In this document: one piece after another, positions 10,431 to 19,423 of the stretch
Layout: each line of letters starts with the position of its first letter
Numbering within the stretch: position 1 is the first letter of the stretch
IMG/VR virus record: IMGVR_UViG_642791616_000001
Span: 64,001-128,000 of that record
DNA length: 64,000 nt
From: a virus
Lineage: Duplodnaviria; Caudoviricetes
Direction: 5' to 3' (one strand)
Position numbers and translations under genes: made by a program
The notes under the pieces: generated by a model
What the model saw: only the letters and a program-made list of their open reading frames with translations
What the model was told of the DNA's origin: nothing
The model's database searches: none

Positions 10431-10640
10431 AAAGACCTCCGGCGCTGACCGGAAGCCTCGTTCTGATTGCGACATTATTACACGCTTTCCGGCACGTATT
10501 TTACGTCCCCGCCGGCGGAGAATCCTTAGTCGCGTAAGAATATGCGGACGAGGATTTGCACCTCGCATGTCAGCCGAGCTTTCTGACTCACGAGTTTTTA
10601 GCGGGTTCACTCCCGATTCTCCTATGCTTTCGCACATGAT
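10431..10640 (-). ncRNA. Candidate structured RNA with T-arm-like hairpin
   Basis: CGAGG-TGCAAAT-CCTCG hairpin, several further stems, ends in a GC hairpin plus U-tract. Confidence 0.3.
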
Positions 10641-10768
10641 AAGCGTCTACCTATTTCGCCACCGCATCTTTAAAAATAACACGAAATTAACGCTTTTCAC
10701 CGTCTACCCTTACGAATACCCTAGTCGGATACCAAAACGTCTAATTTCGTGCATTTTACCTGTTAAAA

Positions 10769-11059
10769 TCATTGTGCTAGTCCGTATCGTTTCCGCAATA
10801 CTTTCATATCGGCGTCGATTTCCGCTTTTAACGCGTCGATTGAAGCCGGTTCTGATCCGTCCGTAAGACGTAATTGCTTAAGCGTTTCTATTTTCGTTCG
10901 TATCGCGCTGTTTGTAATCGCGGTCGGGTAATGCGTGCCGCAGACGATGCATTCAAAGTACGTTTCGACGAGGCCTTTTCGGACGGTGCGTTCTTTTAAT
11001 GCGATGGCGGTCCGTTGATTGCATGCGTCGCAGGTGGCGAAAGTAGGTAGCGTGGTCAA
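10769..11059 (-). CDS. Zn-ribbon phage protein
   Basis: CDAC...CIVC. Confidence 0.6.
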   Translation of the reverse strand: MTTLPTFATCDACNQRTAIALKERTVRKGLVETYFECIVCGTHYPTAITNSAIRTKIETLKQLRLTDGSEPASIDALKAEIDADMKVLRKRYGLAQ

Positions 11060-11397
11060 GAGCGATCGCCTCCTCGTAAAGTCACCGTCTCGAAATAGAA
11101 CACGCCCGGCTCATCCGGACATAATGGAATTTCTTGCGGCTGCGTTTCCGCACTTTTCGCAATAAGCCGATAGTTACTCGTTCCCCACGTAAGTCCGTTT
11201 GGATCTACGAAAGTTTCCTGCTTAATTTCATAGCCGTCTAATTGCGTTAAGTCTTCCGGTCGCTCAACGCCTAGAAAGATACGAACCATTTCGCTAGTTT
11301 CTCTCGTTAAGTAGCGATTTTCCGCGATACGAATGCATCCGTCCATGAATGACGTCACCCTAGCGACCTCCTTCTCGTTATTAAATGCATATCCCAC
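11056..11397 (-). CDS. Hypothetical protein (5' end possibly frameshifted from ATG at ~11523)
   Basis: ORF track; the RBS-bearing ATG upstream is in another frame. Confidence 0.45.
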   Translation of the reverse strand: MGYAFNNEKEVARVTSFMDGCIRIAENRYLTRETSEMVRIFLGVERPEDLTQLDGYEIKQETFVDPNGLTWGTSNYRLIAKSAETQPQEIPLCPDEPGVFYFETVTLRGGDRS

Positions 11398-11779
11398 ATG
11401 AACAACGCATCCGAAGCCGTCAGATGAAATCCGTATCCTGCCGTGTATTTCAGTCGATCAAAATCGAACCGATACGGCAATTTGAAGCTTACGTCTGATG
11501 GAACGATTTTATAGCGTCTCATTCGAACGTCTCCTCTACGTTTAATTAGCGTGTTAACCCTCCACCCGCTCCGAGAAACTTCGGATAGCTACGACCGCGC
11601 GATTCGCAGCATAACGTATGTCTACGTACGGGTAGACGATTAACACCCCGAGTTTAAAAAATTGTGCGCAAGTTTTGTTCACTAGATTCCGCGTTTTCGT
11701 TTGGGGCGCTTGGGGGCGGGCGGCTTCGTCTCTTTTTCGCGATTATTATTGAATAACGCATTCATAACGTTGCATAACG

Positions 11780-11808
11780 AAAGTAACAAAAAGACTTTCT
11801 GTTACATT
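11780..11808. promoter_or_regulatory. Imperfect palindrome, candidate recombinase site 2
   Basis: AAAGTAAC-N13-GTTACATT, same arms and geometry as 9522-9550. Confidence 0.5.
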
Positions 11809-12520
11809 CGCATTGATGACGAACGTTGATGCATCGCAGTCGGATGCCGTTAGACCGACGCAACGAAACGAATGAACTTTATGCATCGCACCAGCCCCGC
11901 CATGCCGCCATCCGTGCGGGCTACCTATGCCGGCCGGTATGTATAGGATCGTGCATAAACGGATTGGCTTCGGCTTCTGACCCCTCGAGTTTCGGAAGGC
12001 CTCGTCCGGTAGAGGCGGCTGCTTGGTTGCGGATGTCTTCGCCTGTCCCTCACCGTCACCCTGCCGTCCGCCTTCGTACTATATTATATACACCGTCTGT
12101 GCCTGCCGTTACATAGCGGCTGCAAGACGGTACCCTATTCGGCTTATCAATCGCTGCCTATCGTCTTGACTACGGTATCCCTGCCGTTAGTATGTTACGT
12201 TCATTTACGTCCTTCTATAACGTAAGACAGCATATACGTACGTTACGCAAGTATATCTACGCAATGGAGACGAATATTCATCGTTTATATGTCCGTCTTA
12301 TTAACGTTGTCCTTTCCGTAGTTACTTAAGTGATAGCGACCTCGGCTCCGCCTCGTCCGCAATTAATAAACCGCCGTTATTCATTCATTATACATATTGC
12401 GTATATGTGAGACGGAGCGTAGCGGAGGATCACTAGGTTTAAGATTTAGAAGATAAGAAGTAATTTCCGACCTCAAAACGCTGTATCCCACGTGGCTCTA
12501 AGCGCCAACCCCGTTTTCTC

Positions 12521-12570
12521 TTGTACGAATAAAGTCGTACTTTTGGCGTTTTTGTACGAATGAAGTCGTA
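12521..12570. repeat. Two direct repeats TTGTACGAAT(A/G)AAGTCGTA, each internally palindromic
   Basis: 12521-12539 and 12552-12570. Confidence 0.85.
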
Positions 12571-12715
12571 TTGATTATCAGTTACCTCGACCTAATTGAG
12601 AATAGACGGAGGTATCTACGGCCTGACATCTCTGCTATAGCGTATTAACATTCATGTTAACGTATATTCATACGGATAACTGCACGCAAAAAAGAGACGC
12701 TCGTCCTGAACGTCC

Positions 12716-12943
12716 CTACTTCTCGTCTTTGCCTTCGTCCTCTATTTCGAATAGATCCTCGTACTTCCATCCGCCCGCTTTCATAAGCGCAACGACCTGC
12801 CAATCCTCGTGCCGACCATTCGAATCGAACCGCGAGATAGAACCCTGCGGAACGCCCGACGCTTCTGAAAGTCTTGTTTGCGTCCAGCCATCCGCCTTCA
12901 TTAATTCCTTCAGACGCGGCCTAACGTTTATGTGCTTGCCCAT
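12716..12943 (-). CDS. Xre/Cro-like HTH regulator
   Basis: LKELMKADGWTQTRLSEASGVPQGSISRF; ATG at 12943 behind GGAGGT. Confidence 0.85.
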   Translation of the reverse strand: MGKHINVRPRLKELMKADGWTQTRLSEASGVPQGSISRFDSNGRHEDWQVVALMKAGGWKYEDLFEIEDEGKDEK

Positions 12944-12971
12944 CCGCACCACCTCCGTATTTATATAAGTA

Positions 12972-13035
12972 ATTATACGATATCGAATATTATTTCGCAA
13001 TATCCGTTGACATACGTTATACGATATCGTATAAT
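12972..13035. promoter_or_regulatory. Divergent SigA promoters, each overlapped by a TATACGATATCG(T/A)ATA palindromic operator
   Basis: + strand TTGACA-17-TATAAT (13007-13035); - strand TTGCGA-17-TATAAT (13000-12972); operators 12974-12989 and 13018-13033. Confidence 0.85.
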
Positions 13036-13061
13036 AAAGGTACAGAAAGGAGGTGCACGAA

Positions 13062-13208
13062 TTGATTGAACTAGCTACTAAAATATCCGTCTTGCTTGCG
13101 TCGTGGTTGGCGATCATCAAAACCGCAATGGAAATCACGGCAATGAAGAAGCAACGGAAAGCAAAGAAAAAGCGACGGTCTCCCTCCAAGAAGAAACGTC
13201 GCAAGTAA
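13062..13208 (+). CDS. YonT-like small membrane toxin (48 aa), not in ORF track
   Basis: TTG start after AAAGGAGGTG; MIELATKISVLLASWLAIIKTAMEITAMKKQRKAKKKRRSPSKKKRRK: one hydrophobic helix plus highly basic tail. Confidence 0.7.
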   Translation: MIELATKISVLLASWLAIIKTAMEITAMKKQRKAKKKRRSPSKKKRRK

Positions 13209-13251
13209 ACGGACGGGGCGCTAAGCCCCGGTTCAATCAATTATACCACAC

Positions 13252-13410
13252 ATGCGCAAAATTAATACGCTTGATACGTTGCTCATTATCGTATTAGTCG
13301 CCTGGATAGCGTTCACGGATTACGCTAAATGGCAGCCGATAGACTGCGCAGCCGTCGCAACATTAATCATTTTCGGCTTTACGGTCGCTGTAAAATCGCT
13401 AATAAAATAA
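13252..13410 (+). CDS. Small two-helix membrane protein (52 aa), YoyJ-like position
   Basis: MRKINTLDTLLIIVLVAWIAFTDYAKWQPIDCAAVATLIIFGFTVAVKSLIK. Confidence 0.55.
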   Translation: MRKINTLDTLLIIVLVAWIAFTDYAKWQPIDCAAVATLIIFGFTVAVKSLIK

Positions 13411-13494
13411 GACGTCGGCCAGCCCAGCCTATTACGACGCTACTAAGACGGAGCTGACGTACTAAAATCGTTAAAAATTCGAGGAGGTTTTTAC

Positions 13495-13830
13495 ATGAAA
13501 AAGACGAAATGGATGACGGCCATACTCGGCATATCAATCGCAGGAAACGCGGCACTAGGAATTTACGCGGTTAAACTAAACGACGACGTTGACGTAGCTT
13601 ATCGCGTTGCCGACGACATGGCGCTCGAAGCAGAAACGGCGCAAGAAACGGTTCAGCGAGAATATATTGTAGAAGGCGCAGACTACGCGGTATCGGCAGA
13701 CGATGGCGGCTTCGCTTTCAACCCCGACAAAGTTAACGCTAATCCCGGCGATCGGATTAGCGTAGAGTATACAAAAAAGCAGTACGAAGATGGCTCCGGC
13801 TATAAGAAAGTCGAAGTGATTGACGATTAA
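13495..13830 (+). CDS. Membrane-anchored hypothetical protein
   Basis: N-terminal hydrophobic segment, GAGGAGG RBS. Confidence 0.7.
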   Translation: MKKTKWMTAILGISIAGNAALGIYAVKLNDDVDVAYRVADDMALEAETAQETVQREYIVEGADYAVSADDGGFAFNPDKVNANPGDRISVEYTKKQYEDGSGYKKVEVIDD

Positions 13831-13851
13831 AATACGAAGGAGGACGACGAT

Positions 13852-13983
13852 ATGAAATTCCGCAGATTCTTGTACGGGTGGGCTAGGTTTTTGGGAGACG
13901 TAAACGCGGTGAAGAAAAACGACGTAGGCGGACGCATCATGCGCCGCGGCATCGGAAGGACTTTCGGTAAGTTGTTTAAATAG
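13852..13983 (+). CDS. Small basic peptide (43 aa)
   Basis: AAGGAGG RBS; MKFRRFLYGWARFLGDVNAVKKNDVGGRIMRRGIGRTFGKLFK. Confidence 0.6.
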   Translation: MKFRRFLYGWARFLGDVNAVKKNDVGGRIMRRGIGRTFGKLFK

Positions 13984-14017
13984 GCGTCGAGATACGTTAT
14001 AATACGTAGGTTGTGAG

Positions 14018-14203
14018 GTGAAAGACGTGACTAGACCGCAGCCAGGCGATTATGACGTATCTGTCGTTTATGACATACGCGATATGCCCGACGTTAAGAG
14101 CGGACGGTGCGATAATTGCGATACGTCGAAGTTTAACAGTTCGATCAAAGGCGGAGTATTTCTCCGTAAATGTTCGAGATGTGGCATGACGAAACGAATA
14201 TAG
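14018..14203 (+). CDS. Small Zn-ribbon protein
   Basis: CDNC...CSRC. Confidence 0.55.
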   Translation: MKDVTRPQPGDYDVSVVYDIRDMPDVKSGRCDNCDTSKFNSSIKGGVFLRKCSRCGMTKRI

Positions 14204-14245
14204 CGCAAAAATAAAGACGCCCTCTAAGGCGTCCTTTTCGTTTAT

Positions 14246-15055
14246 TTAGCGTACCTTCTCAACGTTAAATAGCGCAATCAACGTTTTATCCGGCGCTTTA
14301 GATTGACGATAGAAAACGTTTGGATTAAACGTGTAGCGCTCCGGCTCACTGCCGACTTTAACGCGTGCTATAACGTACTCGCTTCCGAATTTCATCGCTT
14401 TAAGACGGCGGCCAAGCGTGTCTGGCACGACACCTATCGCGGCAGCTAGACCGGCTCGGCTGAACCAACGGATGGCTCTCGGATTAGATTCGTTAGGATT
14501 CTCGCATAGAGCGTTAGTATCGAAATGAATATACGGAAGCATACGATATATCAGACCGATGTCGGTCGCTTTGACTTCGCTGTAAACCCGTTTAATTTTG
14601 GCGCTATAGATTTTAACAACGTGCGGACTTCGGAAGTTACCTTTAAAATGATAACGTTCATTTACGGAATAACCCACGCCATCTTTTCGTATAATATCGT
14701 TTTCGATAGCCGCCGAAATGAAATCGTAGAAAGTCTGTCGCTTTTTCGTAAGCTGAAGAACGTCCATCATGTCCGAAGTATCCATCGGTGTCTTATCACG
14801 ACTAGACTTGATTAAAAGACCGCCGTAATCAACGTAGCATTGCAAAAGCATTAAATATCCGCATTGAGCCGTTGTGAGGACGTCATATACTTCGTTTATA
14901 TTCGGCATTTCCGCATTAGTAAATTCGCGTCTATCCTCCGTTTTATTTAATTGCTGACGGAAAGCAGCGTCTTGATTCCGGTGCCTTAACGAGTAGATAC
15001 CGGATAGGTCTTCGCCTGTGTTAACGTCAATGATGCGCGGTTTATTTTGATTCAT
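14246..15055 (-). CDS. RepL-like tandem winged-helix DNA-binding protein
   Basis: Two wHTH-like repeats ending YSVNERYHFKG and YTFNPNVFYR. Confidence 0.55.
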   Translation of the reverse strand: MNQNKPRIIDVNTGEDLSGIYSLRHRNQDAAFRQQLNKTEDRREFTNAEMPNINEVYDVLTTAQCGYLMLLQCYVDYGGLLIKSSRDKTPMDTSDMMDVLQLTKKRQTFYDFISAAIENDIIRKDGVGYSVNERYHFKGNFRSPHVVKIYSAKIKRVYSEVKATDIGLIYRMLPYIHFDTNALCENPNESNPRAIRWFSRAGLAAAIGVVPDTLGRRLKAMKFGSEYVIARVKVGSEPERYTFNPNVFYRQSKAPDKTLIALFNVEKVR

Positions 15056-15096
15056 ATATACGCCCCTTTTCGTATTTATCGCAAAACAAAAGACGC

Positions 15097-15585
15097 CTAT
15101 TGAGCGTCTGATCTTACCGTTTTGATGCCGGTTGTTATATTTACGGTGAATTGTCCGCTAGACTTTCCATTGACGAAAGCGTTGTAGCGTTTGCGAGCCG
15201 TCTTATTACGTGCTTTTGCGTGCCGGTCCGTGAATAAGTTCTCGTAAGGAGACCGTGTGCTTCGTTTAGGTACGCCGCGATTAGTGCCTGTGATATCGTA
15301 CTCCTCGGCCATCTTGTCCGATGCTTCGCCCGTCTTGCGTGTCTTTTCCATGCGTTCGGACATGATCGGGTATTCTTCGGCCGACATTTTATTGCGGCGC
15401 GTGTCCGAAAGTTCTTCGTACAAGATTAAGTCGGACAACCGTTCCAGTACGTTTTCGGGCGGTGTTCCGTCATATGCCGAGAGTAAAGCGTCTATTTCTG
15501 TGATTCGTTCTTCGCGCTCTAAGGCGCCGGCTTTTGTGCGTTCGTATAGAGCCGTAATGGCTTCGTGCAAATCATCCTTCGTCAA
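15097..15585 (-). CDS. Conserved hypothetical phage protein
   Basis: LERLSDLILYEEL...EYPIMSE motif. Confidence 0.6.
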   Translation of the reverse strand: MTKDDLHEAITALYERTKAGALEREERITEIDALLSAYDGTPPENVLERLSDLILYEELSDTRRNKMSAEEYPIMSERMEKTRKTGEASDKMAEEYDITGTNRGVPKRSTRSPYENLFTDRHAKARNKTARKRYNAFVNGKSSGQFTVNITTGIKTVRSDAQ

Positions 15586-15725
15586 TTAGGCGCCCTCCTC
15601 CGTATATGCATTCAGTAGTATCGATAATACTCGCGGTGAAATTCTCGGGTGGTTCATGGTATCGTAGCACCAGCGTACATAATCGCGTAATTGCTCGATT
15701 TCTTTCTTCGTTAATTTGCCCGCCA

Positions 15726-16109
15726 TCATACCGCCCCTTTCGTCGCTCCGTACCCTTCGCCGTGTGACGCCCAGTAGTAATAAATGTCGACGATCTTATT
15801 TACCGCCATATTAATCGCAAAGTCTACAGCTTGTCGCGTAATGCCTAGCGCCGTGCCCGCCTGTGTTTGCGTTAAGTCATCGAAATAGACCAAGCGCAGG
15901 GCTTCGTATTGCTTTCCGGTCAAAGCCGCCAATTCAATAGCGCGGCTCAGGTCGATCAGAATATCACACGCAGCCATATCGCCCAAGAAACGCCGTTGTC
16001 TTAACGTTGTATACTCGGCTAGAAGTGCCTTGACGCCGTCGGGCCCGTCGAGCTTATACTGCGCTTCATACCGTAAGTGCTGGTCGGGCTTGTTCGTAGA
16101 TGCGCCCAT
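15726..16109 (-). CDS. Sigma-70 region-4-like HTH protein (putative late regulator)
   Basis: LTGKQYEALRLVYFDDLTQTQAGTALGITRQAV. Confidence 0.75.
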   Translation of the reverse strand: MGASTNKPDQHLRYEAQYKLDGPDGVKALLAEYTTLRQRRFLGDMAACDILIDLSRAIELAALTGKQYEALRLVYFDDLTQTQAGTALGITRQAVDFAINMAVNKIVDIYYYWASHGEGYGATKGAV

Positions 16110-16858
16110 TACGACACCTCCCCATCAATTCCGCACAGTAAATGAAGGAATTTAGTTTCAGCGCTAACTGCGCCGAACTCCGTTGGGTTTATTACATGGG
16201 CGGGGATCTCTGTCGATTCGATGAGATCGTCATAGGGGATTAAGTCATCATCCCAAGTCACGTCTAACTCTTCCGCAGTGAAGTCGGTATATGGAAGTAC
16301 GTTCAGTGCTGAGAAATGCATAAAGTCGTCATGGTCGTTTTGAATAAAAAACGCACCTTTACTTTTCCTAGTCAGGACGTCGCAATGCACGACAACGGCA
16401 TTCATTCCTCGGAATAATAGATTAAACAACAGGAAAGGTATTGCGCGATCGCTCATCTCTTCGCAGTGATAGAAATACCACGAAGGCTTGTAATCAAACG
16501 GTGAGTGATTAATGCGATCAGATTGCCATTTTGCGATTGTAAGTCCGCCTGTACCCGCACACCCATCGTAGCTAGTAGTCGACTCAAGTCCGCCGTCAGT
16601 AACTCTCGCTAACAGGTCCGCCACACTACGCGGAGTAAAATCTTGTTTCTTGGTTTTTCTGTCCGCATGCTCATCCTGAAAGTATTCGTGAAACACATCC
16701 TTCTCAGTGAAATTAAGTTCCGGGTCCGCTACGAATTGTCGGAACACCTCCTCACGACGCTCTCGATCAAACAAAATCTCCATAAGCCTTGACGGAGCTT
16801 TATACGAGTCATCTATACCAAATATACGATTAATTTTCTCCGTTACTGATTCGCCCAA
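16109..16858 (-). CDS. HsdM-like N-6 DNA methylase domain protein (no canonical NPPY/F)
   Basis: QDFTP.SVA.LL, YDGCAGTGG SAM motif, EMSDRAIPFLLFNL. Confidence 0.75.
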   Translation of the reverse strand: MGESVTEKINRIFGIDDSYKAPSRLMEILFDRERREEVFRQFVADPELNFTEKDVFHEYFQDEHADRKTKKQDFTPRSVADLLARVTDGGLESTTSYDGCAGTGGLTIAKWQSDRINHSPFDYKPSWYFYHCEEMSDRAIPFLLFNLLFRGMNAVVVHCDVLTRKSKGAFFIQNDHDDFMHFSALNVLPYTDFTAEELDVTWDDDLIPYDDLIESTEIPAHVINPTEFGAVSAETKFLHLLCGIDGEVS

Positions 16859-16935
16859 TCATACCGCCTCCTTCGTTTGCTTTCCGTCCGTGAATCGACT
16901 ATAATCGTCTTATATAATAAGAGAGGTGTATCCGT

Positions 16936-17310
16936 ATGGCATTAGAGTGGATTTCCGCGGTCAGTAATACCGCGTACATAACGTTGGATAGTCAGAAAAG
17001 AATATATGTTAACGCTGCGGCTAGGGCTTTACTTGGTATACCGCCAAACACGCCGTTTCAACTTACGATCGGCTACGACAAAGATGAATCGTGCCTAGTC
17101 GTTGCAAAGCCGGAAATGGTTAAAGCGGACGTCCAGCCGTTCAATTTCAATAAAGATGCGTATAGTAAGCGTGCTCGACACGTTTTAGAAGGTGCTGGCC
17201 TCGAAGAACGTGAATTACCGTTGCGCCTCTTTTTGATTGGCGATGGCGAGACGTCTAAGCAGCCGCATCTAGCCTACCCGAAAGGTACCTACGCGTTCTC
17301 TTTGAGCTGA
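16936..17310 (+). CDS. Counter-oriented hypothetical protein, AbrB/MraZ-like N-terminus
   Basis: ITLDSQKRIYVNAAARALLGI; own -10 (TATAAT) and GAGGTG RBS. Confidence 0.6.
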   Translation: MALEWISAVSNTAYITLDSQKRIYVNAAARALLGIPPNTPFQLTIGYDKDESCLVVAKPEMVKADVQPFNFNKDAYSKRARHVLEGAGLEERELPLRLFLIGDGETSKQPHLAYPKGTYAFSLS

Positions 17311-17849
17311 TCGGCCATAATTTCGTCCAATCGCGCATATAAATCGTCAAGCATGCCGTCATTTACGATCTCATAATCGACTTCGAACCGGTCGAGCGCG
17401 GTTTCTGTCGGGTGGTCTAAGTCAGCCGACTTAAATTTGTCGCCGCGCCGTTTGGCACGCTCGATACGTAGTTCATCCGGTGCAGTAATACGGAGTACCT
17501 TAAAACCTCCCGCCTTGGCTCGTTTATACTCCGCAGGCTTCCGAATGTCCGTGATCAATATGCGGCTATCTCGGCAGCATCGCAGTTTCTCGTGGTCTTT
17601 GATACGGCGGAACAGATAATCGACCCATACGTCTTTTGCGCCAGGTACGTCTAATTCGGTGATTCCGTTAATGAAATCACGCATAGGCTGGCGCTGTTTG
17701 GCGTCGCCGCGTAGTTCCGGAAATAACTCGTAAAATAGCGCCTTACCTTTTGCGGAAAATGTGAACGGAAAGAATTCGTACATGGCTACGAGATAATCGA
17801 CGGCTACGTCTTTACCGGCGCCTAGCTTACCCGTGATTGCGAGTTTCAT
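17289..17849 (-). CDS. dNMP kinase (P-loop)
   Basis: GKLGAGKD, ITDIR, HPTE motifs. Confidence 0.85.
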   Translation of the reverse strand: MKLAITGKLGAGKDVAVDYLVAMYEFFPFTFSAKGKALFYELFPELRGDAKQRQPMRDFINGITELDVPGAKDVWVDYLFRRIKDHEKLRCCRDSRILITDIRKPAEYKRAKAGGFKVLRITAPDELRIERAKRRGDKFKSADLDHPTETALDRFEVDYEIVNDGMLDDLYARLDEIMADQLKENA

Positions 17850-18706
17850 AGGCCGGCCCTCGATAGACTTACGATTATCTGCGCGAACTCATCCGCAGTA
17901 AACGACAAGGCTCTCGGATCATCAGCCGTTACCTTTGCGAGCTGTTCGCCGAGACGGACTTTATCTTCGTGGAGGGCGTTGATTTCCGCTTGCATACGTC
18001 CGATCTCCGATTCGTAATTAGATACAACCGATTTCAGTTCGCATAGTCCGTTGCGAATCTCCGGAATATACCCCGGCCCCATTTCGTTCCATCCGAGAGC
18101 TTTTTCGAATTGTTCGTTTTTCCGCTTTAATTCCGCCACCTCTGCGCCTAGATTGGCAAGTACGGTGATGACGTCGGATTCTTGCGCCTCGGCAGCGTCT
18201 TGAACCGGAGTGAGGACGAGAAGCCGGTCGCTTTCTCCGTCGAAATAATCCTCTCCGCCGCGTTCGTCTTCCAAATAACAAGAACCATTGTCATATCTGA
18301 CGTCAATATCTTTCACCACGCTGATATGACCGATCGGCATGTCGTAACTTTTAGTTACGATAATTTTTTCGCCTGCTTCCGCCTTACGATCTTCTAAACG
18401 GTAGCGCTCACCGTCAATGTGGATGATGTCGGTCGGCTCGAGTACGTGGTATTCCGTATGAAATATAGTGCCCTTATGGCTGAAGTCAGAAATGGCCTCA
18501 GCACTTCGTACGCAATCATCCGATTCCGAAAGAGCATCTACTGTAAAAATATCGCCTTCATTATACGGATCTTGACTACCGCTCTTCTCTACAATTACGA
18601 TCTTCTCGCCAACCTCCGCGTTCCTATCCACCGCAACATATTCACGCTCAACACCGAGCTTTTCGTCCTTTAATACGTGTATGGTACGCTTTTCTTCCGT
18701 CATCAT
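17846..18706 (-). CDS. Hypothetical protein with duplicated R.A.VGE.I domain and C-terminal coiled coil
   Basis: DRNAEVGEKIVIV / DRKAEAGEKIIVT; start MMTEEK behind GAGGAGG. Confidence 0.7.
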   Translation of the reverse strand: MMTEEKRTIHVLKDEKLGVEREYVAVDRNAEVGEKIVIVEKSGSQDPYNEGDIFTVDALSESDDCVRSAEAISDFSHKGTIFHTEYHVLEPTDIIHIDGERYRLEDRKAEAGEKIIVTKSYDMPIGHISVVKDIDVRYDNGSCYLEDERGGEDYFDGESDRLLVLTPVQDAAEAQESDVITVLANLGAEVAELKRKNEQFEKALGWNEMGPGYIPEIRNGLCELKSVVSNYESEIGRMQAEINALHEDKVRLGEQLAKVTADDPRALSFTADEFAQIIVSLSRAGL

Positions 18707-18868
18707 TCCGCCTCCTCGTATTGCGCTACATTTAGGTAACTTTCGATATCTTCGCATTCTATCCGTATACCGTTATCGAAAACTATTAAATGATCGCTTG
18801 CTTCAACAACTTTCGCGCCAACGATCGCAGTTAATCCGTCATAAACCACCTGAGCAACCTCCGCTATT

Positions 18869-19423
18869 TTATTTCGTTATGATTTCCGCCTCTAGCCGCT
18901 GTCGTCCGAATGCTTTCGCCTCGCCCACGCCCGCAACGTATAGATCGATATGACCTTCCGTAATTGCGCCGCCGCGATCTTCACATACCCTGACGCCGAT
19001 GCCTTCGATATTCAGCCGCGTCCCGAACGCCAATGAAGGCGGACAGGCGATCGTATGACCCGTTTTGGTACGCGCGCCGCTTGCTGTTACTCCGTAGTCG
19101 GAATGGCCGGCTGACTTGCCCGTAGACTCGGCGCCGTTTGTATACGCAGTCACTTCGTATGTTTGCGCTAGTTTTGGCGGCGCCTTCTTGCGATTGACTA
19201 CGTTTGGCGACGGTTTCTTAGCCGCCGCCTTCTTCAGCGCCTTTAATTCGCCCTCTAACGTCTTGATGCGCTGATTGGCTCGTTGTAAGGCCGCTTGATC
19301 ATCCGTTAATATAGGCGCAGGCTTTTCCGTCGCTGGTTGCTGCGTACAAAGTAACCCGCACGCAAGCGTCATGGTCGACATTATACCGATGCAGACACCC
19401 CCTCGAAGAATTGCGCAGTCCAC
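18869..19423 (-). CDS. 3D-domain (MltA-like) exported protein
   Basis: VTAY, G.TASG, EDRGGAI, HIDLY motifs. Confidence 0.88.
   Translation of the reverse strand: MDCAILRGGVCIGIMSTMTLACGLLCTQQPATEKPAPILTDDQAALQRANQRIKTLEGELKALKKAAAKKPSPNVVNRKKAPPKLAQTYEVTAYTNGAESTGKSAGHSDYGVTASGARTKTGHTIACPPSLAFGTRLNIEGIGVRVCEDRGGAITEGHIDLYVAGVGEAKAFGRQRLEAEIITK

Noticed and set aside
10680-10752. Long hairpin (CACGAAATTA...TAATTTCGTG) as a MITE
   Set aside because: Single copy in the window, no target-site duplication seen; function cannot be supported
11826-12116. 96-aa ORF in the non-coding region
   Set aside because: No RBS and low-complexity Arg/Pro composition; probably spurious
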